In this document: positions 1 through 7,914 of the stretch, one piece after another
Layout: every line of letters starts with the position of its first letter
How positions within the stretch are numbered: position 1 is the stretch's first letter
Assembly: GCF_000020025.1 (NCBI RefSeq)
Contig: NC_010628.1
Span: 2,850,001 to 2,882,000, forward strand
Direction: 5' to 3'
Origin: Nostoc punctiforme PCC 73102
Lineage (GTDB): Bacteria; Cyanobacteriota; Cyanobacteriia; Cyanobacteriales; Nostocaceae
Length of the DNA: 32,000 bases
Made by a program: the position numbers and the translations under genes
Notes under the pieces: model-generated
Databases searched by the model: none
The model's input: only the letters and a program-made list of their open reading frames with translations
What the model was told of the DNA's origin: nothing

Positions 1-339
1 ACAGGCAAGATTGATACATTCTTAGACTACCTGCGGCGATTCCCTGATGTCAAAGTAACTCCTGAAGGCTTTGCTGACAGGCGTGGCGGTGCATCTGGGC
101 ACAACCTGGATCTATCTTTACGCAGAGCGCAGGCAGTGGGAGCAGCCCTGCGTGCTAAGGGTGTAGCTGAAGCTCAAATTAGTGCTGTTACTATCGGCTC
201 TGGTTCAACCGAAGACTTTACCCCTGATGCCACTACTAACCAAGATACAGAAGCAAATCGCCGGGGTAATCGCCGAGTCGTCTTGAGCTTTGAGCATGTG
301 CCAGCAGCAGCTCCAGCAGGGGGAGGAGGGACACCGTGA
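1..339 (+). CDS. OmpA/MotB-family peptidoglycan-binding domain protein, C-terminal part (5' end outside window)
   Basis: Frame +1 is open from nt 1 to the TGA at 337-339. The translation ...RRGGASGHNLDLSLRRAQAVGAALRAKGV...ANRRGNRRVVLSFEHV carries the OmpA_C-like signature (N-x-x-LS-x-RRA-x-AV ... NRRV). Confidence 0.75.
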   Translation, partial: TGKIDTFLDYLRRFPDVKVTPEGFADRRGGASGHNLDLSLRRAQAVGAALRAKGVAEAQISAVTIGSGSTEDFTPDATTNQDTEANRRGNRRVVLSFEHVPAAAPAGGGGTP

Positions 340-1013
340 TCTTGAGAACGATAGGAATATTCGTGATAGTTGTGATGCTGGCCATTGGAGGAAATTTGTA
401 TATGAATAATCAAGACGCTACCGCGATACCTATGGAGCAGATCAAAGCACGTCTCTACTCCACAGATCAAGACACTAGCGCTTTAGCACTGGGTGAATTG
501 ATCCGTTTAGGCAAAAAAGCTACCCCGGTTTTGTTGGAAGCTTTGACTAACCCCAACCCCCGTACCCGTCGGCTTGCAGCCGAGGGACTGAGCGAAATTG
601 CCGATCCCGCTAGTGCCGATGCTTTGTTCCAAGCCACTCATGATACTAATCCAGAAGTGCGTGCCCGTGCTGCCACTGCCCTACACCAATTAGGAGATAA
701 ACGGTCATTATCCGCTTTGGTCGCTACCCTTGATGATTACCCTGACATCCTGCACAATCCCTACACAGCTTCGATGTATCCTTTAATGCGGGGTGGAAAA
801 GAAGTTTTACCTTTGGTAATTCCTCTTTTGCAAGCACCAAACGATCTCACTCGTGAGCGAGCTTTTTTGATTGTTAAGGCTGTAGTGAGTAAGCTACCCC
901 AAGGGCAAGACTGGAATCAGTTGTGGCAGAGTTTGGGAAGTTATGATCCCGCAGGCCAAAAAGCAGAACGTGACAAGGCTGCTCAACAATGGCAGGAATG
1001 GTTGAGCAAATAA
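336..1013 (+). CDS. HEAT-repeat (PBS-lyase-like repeat) protein with N-terminal membrane anchor
   Basis: 225-aa ORF whose GTG start overlaps the upstream stop (GTGA at 336-339). It has a hydrophobic N-terminal helix (ILRTIGIFVIVVMLAIGG). Repeated HEAT-like units follow (LLEALTNPNPRTRRLAAEGLSEI, THDTNPEVRARAATALHQLGD). Confidence 0.75.
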   Translation: MILRTIGIFVIVVMLAIGGNLYMNNQDATAIPMEQIKARLYSTDQDTSALALGELIRLGKKATPVLLEALTNPNPRTRRLAAEGLSEIADPASADALFQATHDTNPEVRARAATALHQLGDKRSLSALVATLDDYPDILHNPYTASMYPLMRGGKEVLPLVIPLLQAPNDLTRERAFLIVKAVVSKLPQGQDWNQLWQSLGSYDPAGQKAERDKAAQQWQEWLSK

Positions 1014-1208
1014 TTGAATTATTCACAAAAAAACTAAGTATGTTACGAAACGTAAATAAGCTTAAAACCTTTACTAATGACCAATGACATAGACGCTTCT
1101 GCGGCTACTCTTCGAGTTCTCCGAAGGAGTACCCGCAGGGTAGGACAAATGACAGCCTTAGCCAGTTAGCTTTAATTTCGCCGATCTACTTACCCATTAG
1201 TAGCGGAG

Positions 1209-1745
1209 TTACCTAACCGTATTATCGAGTCCCCCTACAATTCTTGAACCCAAACAAAGCGCGATGGTGAGCGATGCTGCTGCTGCTAGCGCCGCTACCG
1301 TCCGAATGTGATTCCAGATTGTCCAGTTGGTCAGGTAGCTAGACCATAGGCTCGCCCCTTCAGTGCTGTCCGGCTCGACTTTCGCCAGGGCTTCGTTGAG
1401 CGGCACATTGAAAACTATTGTCACGCCTAATGTACCAACAAGGTAGAGCAAGCTGCCGAGAAGCAAGTAGGCGGCACCGGGTTGATGCCACTTTAATAGC
1501 GAGGAGATTAAAAGAAAGATACAAGCCACAGCCGTTCCCAAAAACGCTGTCATAAAAAATGGATTGATTACCGTGATATTGATGGATTGCATAGCAGCAA
1601 TGCCTTGCGGTGGTTTCAGCCGAGCAAGGGCGCTCATTACGAAGGTTGAGAAGCCGAAGAAGACTCCGGCTATTAGCCCGCAGCCCAGTACCGAGAAAAG
1701 CTTTAATGCGAAATAATATTGTTGATTTATCAAATGTTGCAGCAT
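1209..1745 (-). CDS. DUF1772-family membrane protein
   Basis: The ORF track gives 1209-1805. I prefer the ATG at 1745 (MLQHLINQQ...) because codons 1746-1805 run through a GC-rich hairpin. There are four hydrophobic segments and a VFNVPLNEAL motif typical of DUF1772 proteins. Confidence 0.7.
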   Translation of the reverse strand: MLQHLINQQYYFALKLFSVLGCGLIAGVFFGFSTFVMSALARLKPPQGIAAMQSINITVINPFFMTAFLGTAVACIFLLISSLLKWHQPGAAYLLLGSLLYLVGTLGVTIVFNVPLNEALAKVEPDSTEGASLWSSYLTNWTIWNHIRTVAALAAAASLTIALCLGSRIVGGLDNTVR

Positions 1746-2227
1746 CGCCTCACCGAAAAAATGGGTATGAAGCCCCGTCCTTCTGGGACGGCTTTTATTT
1801 TTCATTCTCTCTAATTAAACGCTTGATTGCTGCCAATAGACTACAGCCCTACGAAGCCGCAATTTTAACAAGTTTCTCGGAAAAGATTATTAAATACGAG
1901 ATTAGCCCTATTCCTTAAAAGGAGAAGCTGCGATCGCTGTTGCATTTTGGGCATTTTAAAATAGCCTTTAAGAAAATCAATGCTCATAGAGTAAAATTAC
2001 TTAGCAAATTAAGGAAATGAGCCGATTGCAAATTCGTAAAGATGACCCGAACAGCATATTTATGACGAAAAAGCTCTATTGAAGCGATCCAGTTTATGTG
2101 GCAAGTTTAGCAAAGTTTGCCAAGAAAACCGATTCGGTAACTATATGAATGGATTGCGAGCAAGAACAAACACAACCTAGAACTTAGGGAGATCCATCCT
2201 CAAAATGCAAATTAGATGTGGAACAGC

Positions 2228-2752
2228 TTATAACATCTTCTCAAGAATATCATCAGTCATCTGAATTTGGTTTTTTCCTATATTACGTTTCAGCAAAAAA
2301 ATACCCGCATCATGTGCTTGCTGACCACCGTCACTAAAGCAAGCATCCTCGATAATAACTGGTTCAATACCACGCTCAAAAGAGTCAATTGCTGTCTTAA
2401 AAAGACAGCTATCAGTTTCAACTCCACAAAGATATATTTTGCTGATTTGATTAAGAAAAATAAAAGCCGAAAAATTTTCTGTAAACGCAGAGTAATAATG
2501 TTTATCAAAAATATTATTTATATATGGTTGAAGTTCATCAATAATGCTAGTTTCGGGTTCATTTATCAACCTTGACCACTGAATTAGTTTGACATAATTG
2601 CTGTCAGTAGTATTGATAAATCTTGTGAATTCAACGAGTTTACCAGTCGCTAAAAAACGCTCAATTAATTTAATGACACTAGGAATAATATGTCTGCATT
2701 TCTCCGACATAAACCCGTTTTGCATATCTACTACAAGAAGTATTTCGCTCAT
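2228..2752 (-). CDS. isochorismatase-family cysteine hydrolase
   Basis: ATG at 2752 (the ORF track starts at a GTG at 2761). LLVVDMQNGF ... IYLCGVETDSCLFKTAIDSFERG matches the Asp/Lys/Cys catalytic context of the isochorismatase-like hydrolase family. The gene is visibly more AT-rich than its neighbours. Confidence 0.75.
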   Translation of the reverse strand: MSEILLVVDMQNGFMSEKCRHIIPSVIKLIERFLATGKLVEFTRFINTTDSNYVKLIQWSRLINEPETSIIDELQPYINNIFDKHYYSAFTENFSAFIFLNQISKIYLCGVETDSCLFKTAIDSFERGIEPVIIEDACFSDGGQQAHDAGIFLLKRNIGKNQIQMTDDILEKML

Positions 2753-2795
2753 GTGTGCCACAATTTATTTAGATTAAGAGCTACAACATTAAATA

Positions 2796-3935
2796 TAGGA
2801 CTTACGCATTGAAAAAAAATATCATCTATGAACTCTAGATAACGATATCACTGCTAAGGTTAGCAAAAATATGCTCACGTACAACTAAAGTGAACAGATT
2901 CCGTTGTACTTCATACCAATTGCTAATTATTTTTTCAGAGCGCATAAACTCTAATCTAACAAAAGCCTGAAGTGAGCAAAATATGTGAGTCTTGATTGCA
3001 TAGGTATCTCTAACCATGAATCGACAAATTACACATACTTGTTTGATGGCTCTGTGAAAGGTTTCAATGCCACAATGGGTATCATGAATTGTGATAAATT
3101 CACTTCGGTTATCTCTTGAATTCTTTCCTCATCGGTCAGATATAAAATATAGTGTCTAAAGTCTTCTTTCTTAAAGTCTTTCCTAAACAACTTTATAAAT
3201 CCAAATTCTTTCAAATGAGTTCTTAATCCTGATTCTGGAATCACCAAAGTGCTTACCTGGCAATACTTATGTGGCTCAATTGAGACAGTTCTATTTTTTT
3301 CAATTCCGAATAAAAAACCCAGTTTCTGGTTTCTTAGAAATTTTAGGTTTTCTATTCCTGAATACCAACTATCTCCTGTTACCATTCTTGGCTTGACTCC
3401 CCAGTTGATTACTTCACTTACCATTTCTCTAAAATAATCGTTTTTTGTTTTTCCCTCCTTTTTGCCATATATTCTGTAATTAATTGGTACTGAATTACCA
3501 TTTATCTCACTGTAATATAAACTAATTAAATTTCAACCAATGATAGTTTTATGGGATTTTCCCGACCAAAAATAACTGACTAATTCTGCACTTTTAGGGT
3601 CACTGTAAATCTTTTCTATCACTGTATCGTCTACACTTAATATCCCTCCTACCAAGTTGATGATTCTCTCTATTATTTTGAATAAATCTTTCGGTTCGTA
3701 TCTCTCTCTTAATAAAAACCGATTCACGCTATCATGTGAAACATCTCCCAATATCTCTGCTAACCTACTGCACCCCCCAAACTTCGGCTCTGACAGCAAA
3801 AATAAGGTGTAGAGGTCTAGATTGCATTGTGCTGTGGATGGTTTAGTAATTTCTCTTATTGTCTGATACCTGGAGAGTAGACGACCCATACTTATCAATC
3901 CACTATTTTGTCATTCTGTCAATGCGTAAGTCCTA
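2796..3935 (-). mobile_element. Decayed insertion sequence (IS701/IS4-like DDE transposase), 1140 bp
   Basis: 17-bp terminal inverted repeats TAGGACTTACGCATTGA lie at 2796-2812 and, as reverse complement, at 3919-3935. AAATA sits on both outer flanks (2791-2795 and 3936-3940) and is a candidate 5-bp target duplication. The repeats enclose transposase fragments. Confidence 0.75.
2835..3898 (-). pseudogene. DDE transposase, broken into three ORF fragments
   Basis: The fragments are 3533-3898, 3029-3424 and 2835-3017. Fragments 1 and 2 share a frame and are separated by an in-frame TGA at 3533-3535 (...HKTIIG*NLISLYYSEING...). Fragments 2 and 3 need a frameshift near 3030-3060; the shifted frame reads HDTHCGIETFHRAIKQVC...RDTYAIKTHIF. 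The motifs VDDTVIEK, TGDSWYSG and GIETFHRAIKQ fit a DDE transposase. The family assignment is tentative. Confidence 0.7.
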
Positions 3936-4232
3936 AAATAAAACAATATTATAAAAGACGACATCCGCCCAAAGTCGCGGATGCCCTTGCGACCAACATG
4001 ATATGCTTGCTGGGATAGGGTGCGGAGTAAGAAAATCTGGGGATATAAGGAAATGAGCAACACCGATAGCCCAGCCTTAGCAAGTCTTGCCTGAGCGTCA
4101 CAGCCCCTTAAAGTAGACATCGCTAGGCGAGGCGTAGTCCATCTCAGCAACAAAAGATTCTCTCAAGATTAGCAAAAGCCTTGCTGATATTAGGGGCTAT
4201 TAGAGTAATTAGATGGCATGTTGTTTATTCAA

Positions 4233-4264
4233 GTTAATCGGGATAGCATATTACCCCGATTAAC
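4233..4264. other. Perfect 10-bp stem / 12-nt loop hairpin just upstream of the GHMP-kinase stub
   Basis: GTTAATCGGG (4233-4242) and CCCGATTAAC (4255-4264) are exact reverse complements. The loop is ATAGCATATTAC. The hairpin ends 15 nt before the ATG at 4280. Function unknown. Confidence 0.4.
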
Positions 4265-4279
4265 AACAGGAAACTTCAA

Positions 4280-4400
4280 ATGAGAATTTTTGTTCCAGGC
4301 CGTCTTTGTTTGTTCGGAGAACACAGCGATTGGGCAGGAGAATATCGCAGGATTAATCCTCTTACCGAAAAGGGTTACACCTTAATTGTTGGTACTAATC
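4280..4400 (+). pseudogene. GHMP-kinase family gene, 5' stub truncated by the ISAs1 element
   Basis: MRIFVPGRLCLFGEHSDWAGEYRRINPLTEKGYTLIVGTN is the N-terminal GHMP-kinase region (P-x-R-x-x-L-x-GEH-x-D). Similarity stops at the IS end at 4401. The rest of the track ORF (to 4483) is read from IS sequence. Confidence 0.6.
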
Positions 4401-4475
4401 CAGGGCTATTTCATTGTAAATGTAGACGCGATATGGTAAGGTGCAGCGCCAGTTCTACTTCAAGCATCTATTACC

Positions 4476-5596
4476 GTGTCTGAAATCGAAATTATCAAAG
4501 CTTTTGCAGGTCTAAAAGACCCCCGTCGCCGCGCCGGACAGAGACATAATCTACCATTATCTTTGGCACTTTTCACATTGGCGTAGGCGCAGCCCGCCGT
4601 AGGCATCGCAGCAGGGAACAAAGGATTTTTAGCAATTGGAGACTGGATTTCAAGCTACCGTGAGCCGTGGATTGAACTTTTTCAACCGCCAAAAAATAGA
4701 CTACCATCTTATAGCACTGTACGTCGTGCCTTATTACACGTAGATTACGAAGATTATTCCGTATGTCTGAGCAAATTCTTTAATGTACAACCAAATACTG
4801 GAGAAACTGTTGGGTTAGATGGTAAAGTCCTCAAGGGTTCATATCAGATTGAAAATGATAACCCTAACTCGGATTCGCATCCAGCGATGATGTTAGTTAG
4901 TTCTTATATTGTTGAGCGAGGCTTAATTTTAGAGCCATTTCAAGTTGATGCCAAAACTAATGATATTATTGCTTTACCTGAGTTGATTTCCAAACTGGCT
5001 CTCAATGGGGTTATCTTTGCTTTTGATGCTATTAATACTCAAAAAAACTTGTGAGTTGATTATAAATAGTGGGAATGATTATATTGCCGCCTTAAAAGGC
5101 AATCAGCTTAACTTATTCAAAGATGTCAAAACAAATTTCACGCCAGAATTGGCTTATGAGCAGATAAATAAAGGGCATGGTCGAATCGAAAAGCGTCATG
5201 TCAGTATTTGTAAAAATCTCGATGGTATTCGTCCTTGGCCTGGACTTACCACTTTGATTAAAGTCAAATCAGAGCGTCAGGTTTTCACACAATGTGATTG
5301 AAGTAACTAATGAAACCCGTTATTATATTTCATCTTTAAGCGAAACGGTGCAAGCCTTTGCTGAACGTATCAGAGGATATTGGGGTGTTGAGAATAAAGT
5401 CCACTATGTTCGAGACGTTACTCAAGGCGAAGATAAATCTAGAATTCGCACTACTCCTCTTCCTCAAATTTTTGCGCTTGCTCGCAATTTTTCACTTAAT
5501 TTATATCGCAGTAATATGTTTGAAAATATGGCACAAGCTCAACGTTTATGTTCTTTTGGACTAGACACACTCAAGCAGCTTTTTAGAATGAAATAG
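4476..5596 (+). pseudogene. ISAs1-family (H-repeat-associated type) transposase with one in-frame stop and at least two frameshifts
   Basis: Candidate GTG start at 4476. Signatures are SEIEIIKAFAGLKDPRRRAGQRHNLPL, DAINTQKKT..GNDYIAALKGNQ, and RYYISSL...IRGYWGVENKVHYVRDVTQGEDKSR. There are three lesions. The first is an in-frame TAG at 4584-4586 inside a 27-nt insert. The second is a frameshift at the A7 run 5041-5047. The third is a frameshift near 5285-5294. Confidence 0.8.
4583..4609. repeat. Small dispersed repeat (SDR-like mini-insertion) inside the ISAs1 transposase
   Basis: GTAGGCGCAGCCCGCCGTAGGCATCGC interrupts the conserved LALFTLA/AGNKGFLAIGDW region and supplies the TAG stop. It shares the core CCCGCCG[T/G]AGGCATCGC with 12474-12490. 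In reverse orientation it resembles 10892-10924. Confidence 0.5.
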
Positions 5597-6129
5597 CCCT
5601 GCCTTCACGAGAGGCTGTCTCTTTAAGTTGAACTAATTGCTGCTCAACAGTTTCGTCAAGTGTATCATTTGACTGCAAAGCTAAATCTAACAACCGACAG
5701 CAGGTACGTACTACATCAGGCGACACCTGCAAAGTCTCTGCCACTTTGTTGATATGCTTCATTGCGCTCAATTCTCCTAATTACTGCTTGCACAATTGGG
5801 TTGTTTTTTTCTTCATTAGATATATGCTTAGTCAAAAAGTTATAAAGAGTTAAGCCATTGACTTTTTGTAAATAAGCATCTAAGCCACCAGCAGGAATTA
5901 CTTGCTGTAAATATTCCTTATACGTCAACCGCCGAATTTTGGTAGCAACGTAGAAAACATCAGCAATCTCAACTGTTGCTGCATCAAAATATCCTCCCCG
6001 CTTTCGCGGTTTTACTATACCAGCATAGGGATACCACTTTTGTAAAGCGGAGATTGAAATCCCGTATCTTTCGGCAAGTGTTTTTTGGGTGTAGATAACG
6101 TTTTCACATATCATCAAACTCAATTCCAA
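5583..6129 (-). pseudogene. Helix-turn-helix-like protein of unknown function, 3' end replaced by the ISAs1 terminus; possible internal frameshift
   Basis: ORF 5716-6129 contains an HTH-like stretch (QKTLAERYGISISALQKWY). A second ORF (5583-5771) overlaps it in another frame. Its last codons (...GRAISF*) are read from the IS inverted repeat (5587-5601), so the native C-terminus is missing. Whether the two ORFs were once a single gene is uncertain. Confidence 0.4.
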
Positions 6130-6430
6130 GTGAAAGACAACATCAATTGAAAATGAATTAAACTAGCACATTACTAAACTGTTTGTAAATTAGAAAATAA
6201 TTTACACATTATGCCAGTTTAGTACAGGTATAGCTCAACTCAAATACACCTACATTTCAACCTATCTCCAAATAAACTGCACACTTGCCAAGTTACATAC
6301 TGCCTGTTGAGAATGCAAGCACGTTTGTATATATGAGTTAAAAAAATAGAACAATACCTCTTTTGGTAAGAAACTGCTCTAACAGAAATATATAACGCGA
6401 TCTGCGCCTTAATAGTCTGTGACAAGTTGA

Positions 6431-6781
6431 TCGAACTATCTTGCCGTATCGTGTTATGATTTACACACTTACGCTGCACAAATAGCTAAAAATTCAAAAT
6501 GGATAGCCGAGAAAATAGATGCTCAAGCAGTCCATAAATTAGTGACAAGAGCATTTAATGCAAGCGAACAAATTTTGCTAGGTAAATCCAAGAAGGTACG
6601 TTTTAAAGTATCTTCCAGATTCAGAAGTATAGAAGGTAAAACCAACAAGCAAGGAATTCGATGGGTAAACAATCAACTGGTTTGGGGAAAACTCAAACTA
6701 AACGCAAAAATCGAGGCAGATAACCCAGTTATTCACCCTCAGAGCGGATCTCTGTCGAGGACAAATCTATTAGCCAGATAG
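6431..6781 (+). pseudogene. TnpB-like (IS200/IS605 OrfB family) internal fragment
   Basis: An open frame without a proper start reads ...AQAVHKLVTRAFNASEQILLGKSKKVRFKVSSRFRSIEGKTNKQGIRWVNNQLVWGKLKL.... This resembles the central K-x-RFK...G...I/L-x-L-x-K-I-G region of TnpB proteins. Only about 115 codons remain, with no RuvC or Zn-finger part. Confidence 0.35.
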
Positions 6782-6886
6782 CCAATAAGGGCGAAAAGCT
6801 AATTTGACCTCTGCCCGATTCTCCCCACTTATAGTGCGGAGAGTGGCTCAAGTGCCTTCACAATCTGATGATTGCAAAGCTTATTT

Positions 6887-7468
6887 TTATTGAGAAATAG
6901 CCTGCTGCTGTTTCTTTACCGCGCTCGCTATCAAAGGAGCTTTTTTTTCTAATCCTTGTAAAGTCAAATCCCCATCCAAATAAAGTTGATACCACTGTTG
7001 ACGCTGGCGCAAGACTCTTTCATCATCCCGTAACCGCAACCGTTCCAAAGTAAATTCCGCCTTTTGACGTTGTTGCGGAGGAACTTTATCTGTTAATACT
7101 AATTGTAGGGAAGGAAGCAAAATTTCAAACCAATCTTCTCCCAAATCAAAAGGGTCAAGTACCTGATCATCAAGCGTACCTTTACTACTATTTATCCAAG
7201 CAGAAGCAAAGCGTAAATTGCTCCATTCGTAAGCTAAATCGCGATAATTTTCACGGCTGCGATAATGATCTACTGTACCAACTGGTTCATACATAACGCT
7301 ATAACCACAAAGATTATTAAATCCATCAGCTAAATAACTTTTGAAAGGCGACCAATAATCTCTGGTTCCTTTTTTGGGATCTCGGTTTTTTGCCAACCAA
7401 GCATTTCCTGGTTGTCGCACTTTTTTATCAAAATCAGGCGGTTCTGGAGGAGGATTAAATGGCATCAT
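6887..7468 (-). CDS. HNH-like nuclease, PtuB-like partner of the upstream ATPase (Septu-like pair)
   Basis: 193-aa ORF. GTVDHYRSRENYRDLAYEWSNLRFASAWINSSKG fits the HNH beta-beta-alpha-metal core (D-H ... W-x-N-L ... N-x-x-K-G). Its size and its position downstream of an ABC/SMC-type ATPase match the PtuA/PtuB arrangement. Confidence 0.6.
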   Translation of the reverse strand: MMPFNPPPEPPDFDKKVRQPGNAWLAKNRDPKKGTRDYWSPFKSYLADGFNNLCGYSVMYEPVGTVDHYRSRENYRDLAYEWSNLRFASAWINSSKGTLDDQVLDPFDLGEDWFEILLPSLQLVLTDKVPPQQRQKAEFTLERLRLRDDERVLRQRQQWYQLYLDGDLTLQGLEKKAPLIASAVKKQQQAISQ

Positions 7469-7471
7469 CGC

Positions 7472-7505
7472 AAGAATTCAGGAGTCAGGAGTCAGAATTC
7501 AGAAT
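7472..7505. repeat. Left inverted heptamer-repeat arm flanking the four-helix-bundle cassette
   Basis: AAGAATTCAGGAGTCAG (7472-7488) is the exact reverse complement of 7884-7900. It continues as the heptamers GAGTCAG AATTCAG AAT. Confidence 0.85.
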
Positions 7506-7850
7506 GGAATTAGCATAGCTTGTTAGTAGCCTACTAACTTCCTCAAGTTGAAGCATTAATCCTGAAGTGTCACCATAGTCAAGGTCTTTTGAAAGAATTA
7601 GATAGTAGCGACATTCTTCTAAAGAACCTTGTGCAATGTTCATAAACCGTACTTTGTCTGTTGCTCCCTTTTTCTTAAAACCCTCAGCTATATTTGCTGC
7701 AATAGAGATTGCTGCTCGTCTAAATTGGGAAGTAAGTCCATATATTTACGATTTAGGGAACTGACTAGTAAATTGATATACCAATAAAACAAACTGGTGT
7801 GCTTTTTGCCAAACTATCAAATCTTGGAATGTCTTGGCTGGTTGTCTCAT
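7485..7850 (-). pseudogene. Four-helix-bundle protein (23S rRNA intervening-sequence protein family) with in-frame TAA
   Basis: The frame has 122 codons. It reads MRQPAKTFQDLIVWQKAHQFVLLVYQFTSQFPKS*IYGLTSQFRRAAISIAANIAEGFKKKGATDKVRFMNIAQGSLEECRYYLILSKDL.... The stop is a TAA at 7746-7748, where family members usually have Glu. This ORF is absent from the ORF track because both halves fall below the length cut-off. Confidence 0.75.
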
Positions 7851-7865
7851 TTATTCTGGCTCCTA

Positions 7866-7900
7866 AATTCTGACTCCTGAATTCTGACTCCTGAATTCTT
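7866..7900. repeat. Right inverted heptamer-repeat arm flanking the four-helix-bundle cassette
   Basis: AATTCTGACTCCTGAATTCTGACTCCTGAATTCTT. The outer 17 nt (7884-7900) pair perfectly with 7472-7488. The inner heptamers are the same units in swapped order. Confidence 0.85.
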
Positions 7901-7914
7901 ACTTATCATCTGTG

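Larger units (their letters stand above)
4401..5601 (+). mobile_element. ISAs1-family insertion sequence, 1201 bp, decayed
   Basis: Terminal inverted repeats are CAGGGCTATTTCATT at 4401-4415 and AATGAAATAGCCCTG at 5587-5601 (19/20 when extended by 5 nt). They enclose an ISAs1-type transposase. The flanks show no matching direct repeat (...GGTACTAATC | ... | CCTTCACGAG...). Confidence 0.85.

Noticed and set aside
1772-1803. A terminator-like hairpin (CCGTCC-TTCTG-GGACGG followed by CTTTTATTTTT on the plus strand) in the leader of the minus-strand DUF1772 gene.
   Set aside because: The structure is real, but there is no plus-strand gene upstream for it to terminate. On the minus strand the U-tract is weak. 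I used it only to prefer the ATG at 1745 as the start, and I make no functional claim.
3911-4153. An 80-aa minus-strand ORF.
   Set aside because: It starts inside the IS inverted repeat and runs through a GC-rich dispersed repeat. It has no motif and no SD, so it is most likely non-coding.
6240-6479. A 79-aa minus-strand ORF upstream of the TnpB-like fragment.
   Set aside because: It has no motif. It lies antisense within what looks like degraded IS sequence and has an irregular composition.
7485-7850. Could the Avd-like four-helix-bundle gene be a sign of a diversity-generating retroelement?
   Set aside because: The window has no reverse transcriptase ORF, and I could find no template/variable repeat pair near the gene.
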